A stretch of DNA of 64,000 nt from Syntrophorhabdaceae bacterium (GTDB lineage: Bacteria > Desulfobacterota > Syntrophorhabdia > Syntrophorhabdales > Syntrophorhabdaceae), in NCBI GenBank assembly GCA_963665295.1, contig OY762209.1, positions 1,952,001-2,016,000 of the forward strand. Reading direction: 5' to 3'. The notes below the pieces were generated by a model. That model was not told the DNA's origin. It did not search any database and saw nothing but the letters and a program-made list of their open reading frames with translations. The position numbers were made by a program, and so were the translations under genes. Shown here in pieces: positions 1 to 10,410 of this stretch. The number at the start of each line of letters is the position of its first letter. Positions within the stretch are counted from its first letter, which is position 1.

Positions 1-243
1 CGAGAGCCACCAGAGTCTGGTCTCCACGATATTACGCTCGATGGGGCAATCCCGCTTCGCGAAATCGGGGATGATCTTTGCGAGGTCATGTCCGTAGAGG
101 ACGCCACCGGAAATATTCTTTGCCCCCGCATATTCCCCCCGCTCAAAGACGATGGTCTTTATGCCCCTTTCCGCGAGAATATACGCTGCGGAGATACCCG
201 CGGGACCGGCGCCGACGATTGCCACATCGAATACTTCATCCAT
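1..243 (-). CDS. fixC: FAD-dependent oxidoreductase, FixC/ETF-quinone oxidoreductase family (runs off the window)
   Basis: Hand translation from ATG 243: MDEVFDVAIVGAGPAGISAAYILAERGIKTIVFERGEYAGAKNISGGVLY. GxGxxG plus the GAKNxSGG motif of FixC; directly downstream of etfA. Confidence 0.8.
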   Translation of the reverse strand, partial: MDEVFDVAIVGAGPAGISAAYILAERGIKTIVFERGEYAGAKNISGGVLYGHDLAKIIPDFAKRDCPIERNIVETRLWWLS

Positions 244-254
244 AAGTAACCCTT

Positions 255-1511
255 TCAGTCCCTTTTTGCCCTTTTTTTAAGCTCCTCTATAAGGAGGGGC
301 GTCACCACCTTGTAATCCCCCACTATGCCTGCCGTGGCCACATTGAAGATGGGGGCGTGGGGATCGGAGTTGATGGCGATGATCTTCTCAGAGCCTTGCA
401 TCCCCACGAGATGCTGGACCGCCCCGGACACCCCTATGGCGAAATAGAGCTTGGGCGCCACAGTCTTCCCTGTCTGGCCCACCTGCCGCTCATAGGGCAT
501 GAGACCCGCTTCCACCACGGGCCTGGAGCAGGCGACCACGCCGCCCACGAGATCCGCGAGGCTCTGGAGCATGGCCATCGATTCCGGGTCGCACGCCCCT
601 TTCCCTGCAACCACTAATGCGGGGTAGCGCGTAATGTCGAGGGCCCCTTTGGCCGCCTCATCCCTTATAAACTCTATGATTTCCGGCAACCCGCCTTCGG
701 GCGGTTCGAAGGGGCAGGAATAGGTTTCCCCTTTTTTCGTATCATCCTTCGGAGGGAGTTTGAAGACCTTGGGCCTTACCGTGCTCATCTGGGGCCTGTG
801 CCTCTCGCAGAAGATGGTGGCCATGATGTTGCCCCCGAAGGTGGGCCTTGTCATGAGGAGGAGCCTCTTTTCTTCGTCGATATCGAGGCCCGTGCAATCG
901 GCGGTGAGACCCGTTTCGATCTCCGTGGCCACGATGCCCGCGAGGTCCCGGCCCTGGGGGGTTGCGCCTATGAGGAATATCTCGGGTTTTACCCGACGGC
1001 AAAGGTCGGAAAGTGCCTTGCCATAGGTCTTCGAAAGGTAGACCCCGAGCCCGGGGTCGTCGATCACATGGACCTCGTCACACCCATAGGCAATCGCCTC
1101 CGTAGCCACGCCGCCCACATGGTGGCCCGGAAGAAGGCCCGTTACCTTCGTATGGAGTTTTTCGGCCAGTTCCCGGGCTTTGCCCGCAAGCTCCCAGGAT
1201 ACGGTTGCGCCTTTGCCGTCCGCTACCTCGATATAGATGGCAACGCCTTGGTAGTCGGCATAAACGCCCTCCGGCGCAGCAGGTTTCGGGACCTTTTTCC
1301 CCTTCCCCCGCTTCCTTTCGAACTTTACCGACTCGACAGGACAGACATCGAAACACTTTCCGCACCCGACGCAGGCCTCGGGATCGATGAGGGCCGCCGA
1401 TCCCGACATGACGATTGCCCCTACGGGACATTCCGCCACGCAGATCTGGCACCCGATGCACTTGTCCGTGATGATCTCGGCGACTTCTATTCCCTTAAGG
1501 TTCTTGGCCAT
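255..1511 (-). CDS. etfA: ETF alpha subunit with N-terminal 2x[4Fe-4S] ferredoxin domain
   Basis: CIGCQICVAECP and CVGCGKCFDVCP, then TGLTADCT, RPTFGGNIMATI, QVGQTGKTV, GVSGAVQHLVGM. Start moved to ATG 1511 (MAKNLKG) to avoid overlap with etfB. Confidence 0.93.
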   Translation of the reverse strand: MAKNLKGIEVAEIITDKCIGCQICVAECPVGAIVMSGSAALIDPEACVGCGKCFDVCPVESVKFERKRGKGKKVPKPAAPEGVYADYQGVAIYIEVADGKGATVSWELAGKARELAEKLHTKVTGLLPGHHVGGVATEAIAYGCDEVHVIDDPGLGVYLSKTYGKALSDLCRRVKPEIFLIGATPQGRDLAGIVATEIETGLTADCTGLDIDEEKRLLLMTRPTFGGNIMATIFCERHRPQMSTVRPKVFKLPPKDDTKKGETYSCPFEPPEGGLPEIIEFIRDEAAKGALDITRYPALVVAGKGACDPESMAMLQSLADLVGGVVACSRPVVEAGLMPYERQVGQTGKTVAPKLYFAIGVSGAVQHLVGMQGSEKIIAINSDPHAPIFNVATAGIVGDYKVVTPLLIEELKKRAKRD

Positions 1512-1516
1512 AGGGC

Positions 1517-2350
1517 TCAACCCCCGTGTATGACAAGGTTGGAGGCAAAAGTTTCGTCGGCGAAAAGGGCGTCCACGCATCTGGAAACCGCCTCCGCGGC
1601 CCCTGTCGCCGCATCGAATACCGGACCTCCTTCCTTTACGGGGGGAGAAAATATCTTCCTTACCCAGGTGGGCGAACCCTTGAGGCCGAGCAATTGAATC
1701 TCGCCGTGAATCGAATCCGCCCCCCAGAGGGTGATCCCGGTCCGTTGGGAATGGATAAGCTGGGGCAAAGCCGCCCGCCTTGGCTTCGCGAGTTCCAGTT
1801 CCACGGTAAGGACTGCGGGGAGCGGACCGCGGATGATCTCGAAACCGCCCTCCACTCTCCGTTTCACCGTGATCCGGCGGTGTTCCTCATCGACTTCCCT
1901 GATCTCCGTGACATAGGTAAACTGGGTATATCCGAGGCGCGTGGCAATGCCCGGACCGACCTGGGCCGTGTCCCCGTCAATTGCCTGTTTTCCGCAGAAT
2001 ACCATATCCACCGGTGTTGCCGATGCCGCCTGGCGGATGGCCTGAGCGAGGGTATAGCTGGTGGCGAGGGTATCCGCCCCTGCAAAAGCCCGGTCGGTAA
2101 GGAGGATGCCCTCATCGGCCCCGAGGCCTATGGCCTCCCTCAAAGCATCCTCAGCCTGGGGAGGTCCCATGCTTATGACGGTGACTTTGCCGCCGTAGCG
2201 GTCCTTGAGGGCAAGGGCCGCCTCCAGGGCCACCATGTCGTAGGGGTTGGCGATGGACTCTACCCCTGAACGGATGAGGGTGTTCGTCTCCGGATCGATC
2301 TTGACTTCAGCCGTGTTGGGTACCTGCTTTATGCAGCAAATGAGGTTCAT
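1517..2350 (-). CDS. etfB: ETF beta subunit (FixA/EtfB)
   Basis: CIKQVP, NPYD, RAFAGADTLAT, GKQAIDGDTAQVGP motifs. Confidence 0.95.
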   Translation of the reverse strand: MNLICCIKQVPNTAEVKIDPETNTLIRSGVESIANPYDMVALEAALALKDRYGGKVTVISMGPPQAEDALREAIGLGADEGILLTDRAFAGADTLATSYTLAQAIRQAASATPVDMVFCGKQAIDGDTAQVGPGIATRLGYTQFTYVTEIREVDEEHRRITVKRRVEGGFEIIRGPLPAVLTVELELAKPRRAALPQLIHSQRTGITLWGADSIHGEIQLLGLKGSPTWVRKIFSPPVKEGGPVFDAATGAAEAVSRCVDALFADETFASNLVIHGG

Positions 2351-2478
2351 GGGCTCTCCCCGGTTCTATGGACCCGTCGTTTCTCCGGGGTTCCGCGACG
2401 GTCCCGGAAGGGAACGCGCCATGCCCCGTTATCATAAAGATAATGACGGAATAGCCCGATGACAACGAGGGAAGGGCG

Positions 2479-3255
2479 TCAGGAGGCGATATTCTTCCTC
2501 AGGGTTTTGAAGAAAGCGTGGGCTTCCTCGTAATCCTTCGCCTTTATCACATGCTTGAGGAATTCGAGGCGTGACGTGATCCGGTCGAGTTCCCTCAGGG
2601 AATGGGGGTTGAAGAGTATCTCGGAAAGGAGGTGGTCGTCCTCCGAGAGGAGGCCCTCGGCGATGGCCATGTGTTTCTTGAATGTGGTCCCCGGCACGGC
2701 CTTTGCGTCAAGGCAGGCGGCGAAGGTCAGGGAGGATACGAAGGGAATGGTGAGAGAATAAGCCATCATGCGGTCGTGTTCCTCAAAAGAGTACTCCACG
2801 AGGTTGAGACCGAACCCCGAGAAGAATGCCCTGAAGAAGTCCGCACCCCATTTGTCCGACTCCTTTATCACGACTGCGTGTTCTTCCTTTAACGCCGACA
2901 TGTCCGCGAAGGTGGGACCGAACATGGGGTGGATGGAGACGAACCTGAAAGGGCATGTCTCGTAGTAAGCCCGGACCTCCTGTTTCACCGATGTCATGTC
3001 GCAGAGTACGCAGTCCTTCGAAAGATATCCTTCCACATCCCGGAAGGTGCGCACCGTCTCCTCCAGGCTCACCGCGTTGATAAGCATCTCCGGCGCGAAT
3101 GCGCCCACTTCAGGCAGTCGGGTGAGGATTTCAACACCCTCGAGGCCTTCCGTTTTCTTCCTGTCTTCGTCGTACACCGCGACCCGGTTTCCCGCTGAAA
3201 GCCGCCCGGCAAACCATGCGCCCATGCGTCCCGTTCCCAATATGGCTATCTTCAT
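2479..3255 (-). CDS. tyrA: Prephenate dehydrogenase
   Basis: MKIAILGTGRMG Rossmann motif, DMTSVK, HPMFGP, EEHDRMMA; ATGA overlap with the pheA stop. Confidence 0.9.
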   Translation of the reverse strand: MKIAILGTGRMGAWFAGRLSAGNRVAVYDEDRKKTEGLEGVEILTRLPEVGAFAPEMLINAVSLEETVRTFRDVEGYLSKDCVLCDMTSVKQEVRAYYETCPFRFVSIHPMFGPTFADMSALKEEHAVVIKESDKWGADFFRAFFSGFGLNLVEYSFEEHDRMMAYSLTIPFVSSLTFAACLDAKAVPGTTFKKHMAIAEGLLSEDDHLLSEILFNPHSLRELDRITSRLEFLKHVIKAKDYEEAHAFFKTLRKNIAS

Positions 3256-4310
3256 GCCCGTATCCCCCTGTAGCACCCCAGAAATCTGTAGGTCTTCGTT
3301 TTACGCCGGACGCTCTTCAGGGCGTCGATCACCACCTGGTCCTTGTGGGAGCCTTCGAAATCGAGGAAGAACCTGTAGTAGCCGAGTACGCTCCGAAGGG
3401 GTCTCGACTCTATGCGGGTGAGGTTTATCCCCGCGTCGGAGAATACCTTCATCACCGAGGAGAGGGAACCCGTTTCGTGGGCGATGGAGAATACTATGGA
3501 ACACTTGTCGCCCTCCTCCGCCGCTTCATGGGACGAGAGGATGATGAATCGCGTGGAATTCGATTCGTGGTCCCCGATATCTTCCTTGACGATGTTCAGA
3601 TGGTAAAGTTTGGCGCAGAGGGCGCTTGCGATCACTGCCGCCGATTGGGACCCCTCATGGGAGAGCATCTTCGCGGCGCCCGCAGTGTCGTAGAAGGGCC
3701 GGGCCTCGATCTTGTGGCGCGAAAGAAAACCGCGACACTGGGCAAGGGCCTGGGGATGGGAATAGATCACCTTCAGGTCCCTGTGGTTCGTTTCAGGCAG
3801 GGCGAGGAGGCAGTGATGGATGGGGAGCGTGATTTCCCCCACGATCTTCAGCTCCGTTTTTGCGAGGAGGTCGTTCACCTGGGTGACCGCCCCTTCGAGG
3901 GAATTCTCCACGGGCACGATGCCGAAGTCGAGCTGTCCCGCCGCGACCTCCGCGAATACCTCGGGAAACTCCCTGCACGGGATGGGCACTGCGGACGGGT
4001 CATAGGCAAGGGCGGCCGCTTCGCTGTATGCGCCGTGCTCGCCCTGGAAGCCGACCAGTTTGAGCCCCTCTTTCTGAAGACGGGTACTCTCGTGTATGAT
4101 CCTGCGGTACAGGTCTTCGCAAAAGTCCGCGCCCGCTATGCCCGAGGCTGAGGCGCGCACGTTTTCTATCACCTTTTTCTCTCTTTCCGGCTCATAGACA
4201 TTATCCTTCAGCCTCCCGACCCGGAGACAGAGCTCCATCCGTTGCTTCAGAAGGGCCACAAGGTCATAATCGATGCCGTCGATCTTTTTCCGTGCTTTAT
4301 CGAGGTCCAT
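3252..4310 (-). CDS. pheA: Chorismate mutase / prephenate dehydratase
   Basis: N-terminal AroQ-like domain (RKKIDGID), FQGEHGAYSE, PVENSLEG, SHPQALAQC, TRF, ACT domain with IESRP. Confidence 0.95.
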   Translation of the reverse strand: MDLDKARKKIDGIDYDLVALLKQRMELCLRVGRLKDNVYEPEREKKVIENVRASASGIAGADFCEDLYRRIIHESTRLQKEGLKLVGFQGEHGAYSEAAALAYDPSAVPIPCREFPEVFAEVAAGQLDFGIVPVENSLEGAVTQVNDLLAKTELKIVGEITLPIHHCLLALPETNHRDLKVIYSHPQALAQCRGFLSRHKIEARPFYDTAGAAKMLSHEGSQSAAVIASALCAKLYHLNIVKEDIGDHESNSTRFIILSSHEAAEEGDKCSIVFSIAHETGSLSSVMKVFSDAGINLTRIESRPLRSVLGYYRFFLDFEGSHKDQVVIDALKSVRRKTKTYRFLGCYRGIRA

Positions 4311-5306
4311 TTATTCCGTCACCACCTTAGGTATTTTTTGGTCCATAAAGAGTAAGTCAGCGAGGACAAGGGCAGTAGCCGCTTCGAGGATGACCGGCAC
4401 CCTGAGGGCGATGCACGTGTCGTGGCGGCCCTCCACTGAGAGGCCGACGATCTCCCCGGTTTCGAGGTGCACGGTGCGCTGGGGGAGGGATATGCTCGAC
4501 GTGGGTTTGACCGCGACCCGAAAGACCAGTTCGTTTCCGTTCGATATCCCGCCGTGTATACCCCCCGCGTTGTTTGTCCGCGTCTCTCCGGAGAGGTTAA
4601 TAATTTCATCGTTGTATGCGCTCCCCTCCATGCGGGCGCAGGCGAACCCCGCGCCGAATTCCAGGCCCTTGATGCCGGGGATGGAAAAGACAAAGTGGCT
4701 TATGAGGGACTCAAGGGAATCGAAGAATGGCTCGCCCAATCCTGCGGGCAACCCCTTGGCCCGGCACTCCACGATGCCCCCGATGGAATCGCGGGCTTTG
4801 AGGGCCTTGCTCACCGCCCCTTCGATGTCGGTGCTTCCGCCTGCCTCGATGAGGGTGGCCTCGATGCGGACGGGGCTTAGCAGTTTTTTCGCCACCACCC
4901 CGGCTGCAACCACGGCAGCAGTCAGTCTTCCGGAGAAATGGCCGCCACCCCGGTAATCGTTGAACCCGCCGAATTTCATGAAGGCCGTCATGTCCGCGTG
5001 ACCAGGCCTCGGCGTCTGTCTTATCTTCTCGTATGCCCGGGAATCGACGTCCTTGTTCTCGAAGAGGATGAGAATGGGCGCGCCCGTTGTCTTTCCTTTC
5101 ATGAAACCGCTCATGATGCGGGGCACGTCGTCTTCGTTCCGCGCCGTGGTGCCCGCTCTCCCACCCTTTCTCCGCGCGAGGTCCGCGACAAAATCCTCGG
5201 GGGAGAGGGCCAGTCCCGCGGGACAGCCGTCGATAAGGGCGCCCACCCATTCGCCATGGGACTCCCCCAATATGCTAAGCCTCAACAACCTGCCGAAGGT
5301 ATTCAT
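4311..5306 (-). CDS. aroC: Chorismate synthase
   Basis: MNTFG..GESHG, RPGHAD, GGGHFSGRLT, GGISNG, KPTSSI, GRHD. Start set at ATG 5306 (ATGA overlap with aroA stop). Confidence 0.95.
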   Translation of the reverse strand: MNTFGRLLRLSILGESHGEWVGALIDGCPAGLALSPEDFVADLARRKGGRAGTTARNEDDVPRIMSGFMKGKTTGAPILILFENKDVDSRAYEKIRQTPRPGHADMTAFMKFGGFNDYRGGGHFSGRLTAAVVAAGVVAKKLLSPVRIEATLIEAGGSTDIEGAVSKALKARDSIGGIVECRAKGLPAGLGEPFFDSLESLISHFVFSIPGIKGLEFGAGFACARMEGSAYNDEIINLSGETRTNNAGGIHGGISNGNELVFRVAVKPTSSISLPQRTVHLETGEIVGLSVEGRHDTCIALRVPVILEAATALVLADLLFMDQKIPKVVTE

Positions 5307-6550
5307 GGAATCTCCTGTAATTTGCCGAGATCGTGAAAGAAATCGGGGTATGATTTCGAAACGGCGGCCCAGTTCCCGATATGCACGGGTCCTGTCCCCG
5401 CGAGGGCCGCAACGGCGCACGCCATGGCGATCCTGTGGTCGTTATGGGAGTCCACTTGGGCCTCTTTCGTGGAGCCGCCCCGCACCTCCATGGTATCTCC
5501 GGAGATGGTGACGGCAATGCCCATCTTCCCGAACTCGCTCGCCAGGGCCCGGGCCCGGTCGCTTTCCTTGTGTTTCAGCCGACCCGCCCCGTGAATCACG
5601 CTTGTCCCCTCACACGCGCTCGCAAGGGCGACAAGGGGAGGAAAGAGGTCCGGGCAATCGGTAGCGTCGAAGGTGAAGCCGTGCAAGACCTTCCTTTGCG
5701 CCTGAAGCCAGTCCTTTCCCATGACGATACCCGCCCCTGCCTCCGCAAGGGCGCCGACCACGGCTTTATCCGCCTGGAAAGAGAAAGGATCGAGTCCCCG
5801 GACCAGCACGTTTCCCGCGATCGCTCCCGCCACCAGGAGGAACGCGGCGGCCGACCAGTCTCCTTCGACCTTGTAGGCAGTGCCCCGGTACGCCTGCCGG
5901 CCGGGGATCGAGAATACGGCACAGTCTTCATCGTGCTCTATCATGATCCCGAAGTGTTCGAGAAGGGAGACGGTCATTCTGACATAGGGCGCGCTTTTGA
6001 GGTGAGAAGCGAAAATTGTGGAAGGCTCACCGCACACGGGAAGGGCCATGAGGAGCCCGGTCAGGAACTGGGAGGTTACGGCCGCATCGATGTGTATGGA
6101 GCCTCCCTTCAAGGGGCCCTTTATCATGATAGGGGCGCAACCGTTATCCGTGGCGCAGTATGCGTGGAGAGTGCGGAGTTTTTCGACCATCTCCATGGGC
6201 CGGGCCCTCAACGATCCGGAAGCAACAAGGATGGTCTCTTCAGCGGTGAGGGCCGCGATGGGGGCGAACATGCGCATGCAAAGCCCGGATTCTCCGCAAT
6301 CGAGGACCCTTTTACCCGAACTTTTGGTGAGACCGGACCTTATGATCAGGGTATCGCCCTTTCCCGTGATCTTTGACCCCATGGCCTCTATGACCCGCGA
6401 TGCGCTCAGGGCGTCGTCGCAATGGGAGGTGCGGTGTATGGTTACTTCGCCCGTGACGAGGGAAGCGGCGGCTATGGCGCGCACCGCCATGCTCTTCGAC
6501 GGGGGCGCAATTACTTTTCCTCTGACCTCAGAGGGGTTTATGGATTTCAT
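5303..6550 (-). CDS. aroA: EPSP synthase
   Basis: PPSKS, DCGESG..MR, SQFLTGLL, KESDR, HNDHRIAM, KSYPDFF. Start set at ATG 6550. Confidence 0.95.
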   Translation of the reverse strand: MKSINPSEVRGKVIAPPSKSMAVRAIAAASLVTGEVTIHRTSHCDDALSASRVIEAMGSKITGKGDTLIIRSGLTKSSGKRVLDCGESGLCMRMFAPIAALTAEETILVASGSLRARPMEMVEKLRTLHAYCATDNGCAPIMIKGPLKGGSIHIDAAVTSQFLTGLLMALPVCGEPSTIFASHLKSAPYVRMTVSLLEHFGIMIEHDEDCAVFSIPGRQAYRGTAYKVEGDWSAAAFLLVAGAIAGNVLVRGLDPFSFQADKAVVGALAEAGAGIVMGKDWLQAQRKVLHGFTFDATDCPDLFPPLVALASACEGTSVIHGAGRLKHKESDRARALASEFGKMGIAVTISGDTMEVRGGSTKEAQVDSHNDHRIAMACAVAALAGTGPVHIGNWAAVSKSYPDFFHDLGKLQEIP

Positions 6551-7829
6551 GACATATCCTTTCTGTGATTTCCCGGGGTCCCAAATTGTCCGTATCGATG
6601 ATGAGATCGGAGGCTCTCGCATAGAGGGGCAGCCGCTCGCGGAGCAAGGCGTCCACCCGGGCCGGTTTGTCGGCTCCGGAAAGGAGCGGCCTCGCGCCGT
6701 CGCTGCCGATCCTTTCCATGATTGTCTCCGGGCTTGCCCAGAGCCACACGGAAACGCAGCGGTCCTTGATTGCTTTCACGTTCCCTTCCCGGGTCACTAC
6801 CCCGCCGCCGAAGGAGATCACCGCATTGGAGAGGCCGGCGGCCCGCATTACCTCTATCTCTTCCAGTTCCCTGAAGGCGTCCTCCTTGTGGCGCTTGAAG
6901 AACTCGGCTATGGGGAGGCCCGTCTGCTCCTCGATGGATTCGTCCGTGTCAACGGCAATCATGTTCAATCGCGCGGCAATGCTTTCCGCCGCCCGTGACT
7001 TTCCCACTCCCATGAAGCCTATGAGCCCCACATTCTCCTTCCGCGCCCCCTGTGTGCGATAAAGGGCGGACCTCATGACATCCAGAGGCGCTTTGGCGCC
7101 CGTAAAGATGCTGAAGGCGGGAAGGGCCTGGAAAAGGAGCCATTCCCGTGCGTCTATGATCCTCGAACCCATGGCCCGCGCGTCTGCCGTGAGGGCGGTT
7201 TCAAGGGAATAATTCGCATCGAGGACTGTCAGGCTTTTGCTCAGGGCCGAAGGGGAGACAAACCTCCCTGCGGAGGGGATACAGGAGACAAGGATGTCGG
7301 CGTTACGCACCGATTCATCTATGTCGTCCATGGAGACCGCGGCGCACCCCATGAGCCCGGCGGTCACCCGTGCCCGGTCAAAAGAGCGGTTTATGAGAGT
7401 CACCTTCGCTCCCGAGGCGTTGAGGGCGTATACGGCCGCCTTTCCCGCTCCGCTCGCGCCGAGGACCACCGCCCGCTGCCCCCTCAAGGGGACGCCGTTA
7501 CGGGCCAGGGCGTCGCAAACCCCGGTATGGTCCGTGTTGTAACCCTTGAATCGACCGTTTTCGTGAACCACCGTGTTTACGGAGGCGAGCCTTCTCGCGT
7601 CGTCATCCACTTCATCAAGATAGGGGATGATCCCGATCTTGAAGGGCGAGGTGACATTGAAGCCGGCGAGTCCCACTTTCCTTGCGGTCTCCATGACTTC
7701 CGCGGCGGTCTCGGCGGCGATCCGGGTATAGGTTGCGTCAATCGACAGGGCCCGGAAGGCGGCGTTGAAGATTTCGGGGCTCCTGCTGTGAAGGACGGGG
7801 TTTCCCGCCACGGCGAATATGGCTCCCAT
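6528..7829 (-). CDS. aroE: Shikimate dehydrogenase-shikimate kinase fusion (AroE-AroK)
   Basis: N-terminal half has HSRSP, NVTSPFK, NTD, GASGAG. C-terminal half has Walker A GFMGVGKS, FRELE, GGG, RPLL, R.PLY. Confidence 0.9.
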   Translation of the reverse strand: MGAIFAVAGNPVLHSRSPEIFNAAFRALSIDATYTRIAAETAAEVMETARKVGLAGFNVTSPFKIGIIPYLDEVDDDARRLASVNTVVHENGRFKGYNTDHTGVCDALARNGVPLRGQRAVVLGASGAGKAAVYALNASGAKVTLINRSFDRARVTAGLMGCAAVSMDDIDESVRNADILVSCIPSAGRFVSPSALSKSLTVLDANYSLETALTADARAMGSRIIDAREWLLFQALPAFSIFTGAKAPLDVMRSALYRTQGARKENVGLIGFMGVGKSRAAESIAARLNMIAVDTDESIEEQTGLPIAEFFKRHKEDAFRELEEIEVMRAAGLSNAVISFGGGVVTREGNVKAIKDRCVSVWLWASPETIMERIGSDGARPLLSGADKPARVDALLRERLPLYARASDLIIDTDNLGPREITERICHEIHKPL

Positions 7830-7830
7830 C

Positions 7831-8511
7831 CTACCCCTCACGCTCCGATTCTCTCGCGGGACGGGCCTTTATGCCGTTCAGGGCGAGGTGCTCGATACAT
7901 TTTTTGACGGTGTGCCGGTCGAGCTGACCTTCCACCACTTCCTTTCCCGGGGCATAGGCTGCGTAGGTAAAGGGGCTCCCCAGGAGGGGCGCGAGGACCC
8001 TTGTGACGCTCCCCTCCTTTCCCATGCCTATGACGACCGTGGGCTTTGGGGAATCGAGAAGTCCCAGGAGTCGCGCACTGTCCCTTGCCGATTTCGCCAT
8101 GCACGATATTTTGGCGATATCCGCACCTGCATCGAAGCACCGGGAAGCGATGTGGAGCAGTTCTTCCCTTTCAGGCGTTTCTTCATAATTGTGGTACGAG
8201 ACGATCACCTTGCATCCTTTTGAGCGGGCCTTTTCTATGATTTCGTCCCTCAATGACAGGGCCGATTCCATCTCCACGTCCACGAAGGACGCCCCTGCCT
8301 CCACAGCGGCGAGGAGGAGTCCTCTCCGTTCGTCGTCGTTCCCGACGCCGGGCCGGCATGTGGCGATGAGGTTATCATGGCCCGAGAACAGGGCGCGTAC
8401 ATCATCGGCGCTCACCTTCATGGCGTCCAGCCTGATTTCCGCAAAGGAAAGGTCCTTGAGAAGGGAGCGGCAGGACTCTACCGTCGTTTCAGCGAGAGTC
8501 ACACAGATCAT
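7831..8511 (-). CDS. aroD: Type I 3-dehydroquinate dehydratase
   Basis: EIRLD, IATCR, VDVE, IVSYHNY..TP, ADIAKI, MG..G..TR, GQL. Confidence 0.92.
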   Translation of the reverse strand: MICVTLAETTVESCRSLLKDLSFAEIRLDAMKVSADDVRALFSGHDNLIATCRPGVGNDDERRGLLLAAVEAGASFVDVEMESALSLRDEIIEKARSKGCKVIVSYHNYEETPEREELLHIASRCFDAGADIAKISCMAKSARDSARLLGLLDSPKPTVVIGMGKEGSVTRVLAPLLGSPFTYAAYAPGKEVVEGQLDRHTVKKCIEHLALNGIKARPARESEREG

Positions 8512-9529
8512 TCAGCACCTTTTCCAGATGTTCGAGCCTTATGGGCAGGACCTGTGCGCGCCCTATGGCTTCGAGGAGGACGAAGTTCATCTTCTCTCCC
8601 GCCCTCTTTTTGTCCTTCCTCACCGCGTCGATCATCATCTCCTTGTCCATCTTTGCTTCAAGGGGAAGTCCGAAATGGCTGATCACCGTTTCGATCCTTT
8701 TCACGTCACCCAGGGTGAGCATGCCCATCTTTTCGGACAGTCTGGCTGCGAGTACCATTCCTATGCCTATGGCCTCACCGTGCCTGAGGCCGGCGGTTTT
8801 CTCCAGGGCATGGCCGAAGGTGTGGCCGAAATTGAGTTTCCTCCTCTCGCCCTGTTCGGTCTCATCGAGAGAGACGATACCTTTTTTGACTATGAGGGAA
8901 TCATGGACAACACTCTCGATCACCCCCTTGTCAAAAACGAGCGCCTTTTCCCATTCGTTTTCAAGGTGAGAGAAGAGGGATGCGTCGCCTATGAGGGCGT
9001 GTTTGATCACCTCGGCGTAGCCGTTCTTGACCTCGCTGTCCGGCAGGGACTTGAGAAGGTCGAGATCGCACACGACAAAGCTGGGCTGATTGAAAGCGCC
9101 TATAAGGTTTTTGTATCCCCGGTAGTTGATGCCGTTCTTCCCGCCCACGCTCGCGTCCACCTGGGCAAGGAGGGTGGTGGGCACAAATCCGAACCGGAGC
9201 CCCCTGAGATAAGTCGATGCGGCAAAACCTGCGATATCGCACGTGAGGCCGCCGCCGATGCCGATAACCCACGAGGTGCGGTCAAGGCCGTGTTCCAGGA
9301 AACCTTCGTAAATAGCCTCCACCGTATTCAAAGTCTTGCTTCTCTCGCCCGCGCCTATCTCTACCACTGCGAAATTGGGAAAACGGCTGCCGTACAGACG
9401 GTGCACGGTGGCGTCCGTGATTATGACTCCGTTTCCCGAATTACCGCAGTATTTTCCGAGGTGCCCGATGGACTCTCCAATGGCGATGGTACACTTGCCC
9501 GACTTTCCGTCGATTGACATGCGCCTCAT
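8489..9529 (-). CDS. aroB: 3-dehydroquinate synthase
   Basis: [47 protein letters not shown]. Confidence 0.96.
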   Translation of the reverse strand: MRRMSIDGKSGKCTIAIGESIGHLGKYCGNSGNGVIITDATVHRLYGSRFPNFAVVEIGAGERSKTLNTVEAIYEGFLEHGLDRTSWVIGIGGGLTCDIAGFAASTYLRGLRFGFVPTTLLAQVDASVGGKNGINYRGYKNLIGAFNQPSFVVCDLDLLKSLPDSEVKNGYAEVIKHALIGDASLFSHLENEWEKALVFDKGVIESVVHDSLIVKKGIVSLDETEQGERRKLNFGHTFGHALEKTAGLRHGEAIGIGMVLAARLSEKMGMLTLGDVKRIETVISHFGLPLEAKMDKEMMIDAVRKDKKRAGEKMNFVLLEAIGRAQVLPIRLEHLEKVLNDLCDSR

Positions 9530-10338
9530 AGGGACACACTCATGAACTGTTCCAGGGGTCGGACCTTACCCATCATCGCCGCGAACTGGGCGGGGTTCAA
9601 GGCCTGGTCTTTGTCGCAAAGGGCCTGCTCAGGCCGTATGTGCACCTCCACGATGATACCGTCCGCGCCGGCGGCCACCGAGGCGAGACACATGGACGGA
9701 ATGATGCTCACCTTGCCCACCGCATGAGACGGGTCCACAATTACCGGCAGATGGGTCAGTTCCTTGATCACGGGGACTGCGCTCAAATCGAGGGTATTCC
9801 GGGTGTAATTCTCAAAGGTCCGTATTCCACGCTCGCAAAGGATTACATCGGGGTTGCCTTCGCTTAGTATGTATTCGGCACAGTTGAGCCACTCTTCTAT
9901 GGTGGAGTTCATGCCTCTCTTGAGAAGGACGGGCTTCCGCACCCTCCCCACCTCCTTGAGAAGGGAAAAATTCTGCATGTTCCTTGCGCCTATCTGGAGG
10001 ACGTCCGCATATTCGCATACCCATGAGACGTCGCGAGGGTCTATGACCTCGGTCACCACGGGGAGGCCCGTCACTTCCCTGGCCTGTCTCAGGATTTTGA
10101 GACCCATCAGTCCGAGTCCCTGGAACGCGTAGGGGGAGCTTCTCGGTTTGAAGGCGCCTCCGCGGAGGGCATCCGCGCCCGCCTCTTTCACCGCCCGCGC
10201 AGTCTCCACCGTCTGTTCGAGGCTCTCCACGCTGCACGGGCCCGCGATTACGGTAAATCCTTCGCCGATGTTCAGGCTGCCTACCCTCACTATCGTTTTT
10301 TCCCTTCCCTCCAACGCTGTTAACCTTCCGGTCTTCAT
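9526..10338 (-). CDS. aroF: DAHP synthase type I-beta, catalytic barrel only
   Basis: [47 protein letters not shown]; no N-terminal ACT or CM domain. Confidence 0.93.
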   Translation of the reverse strand: MKTGRLTALEGREKTIVRVGSLNIGEGFTVIAGPCSVESLEQTVETARAVKEAGADALRGGAFKPRSSPYAFQGLGLMGLKILRQAREVTGLPVVTEVIDPRDVSWVCEYADVLQIGARNMQNFSLLKEVGRVRKPVLLKRGMNSTIEEWLNCAEYILSEGNPDVILCERGIRTFENYTRNTLDLSAVPVIKELTHLPVIVDPSHAVGKVSIIPSMCLASVAAGADGIIVEVHIRPEQALCDKDQALNPAQFAAMMGKVRPLEQFMSVSL

Positions 10339-10376
10339 AATCCCTCCCTGTTCACGACCCTTGTGTCATAGTGGGC

Positions 10377-10410
10377 AAATAAAAAGGGCCATGATATTTT
10401 CATGACCCTC
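10377..10410 (-). terminator. Intrinsic terminator 2 of the aro leader
   Basis: Minus strand GAGGGTCATGA-AAATA-TCATGGCCCTT followed by TTTATTT. Confidence 0.8.
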
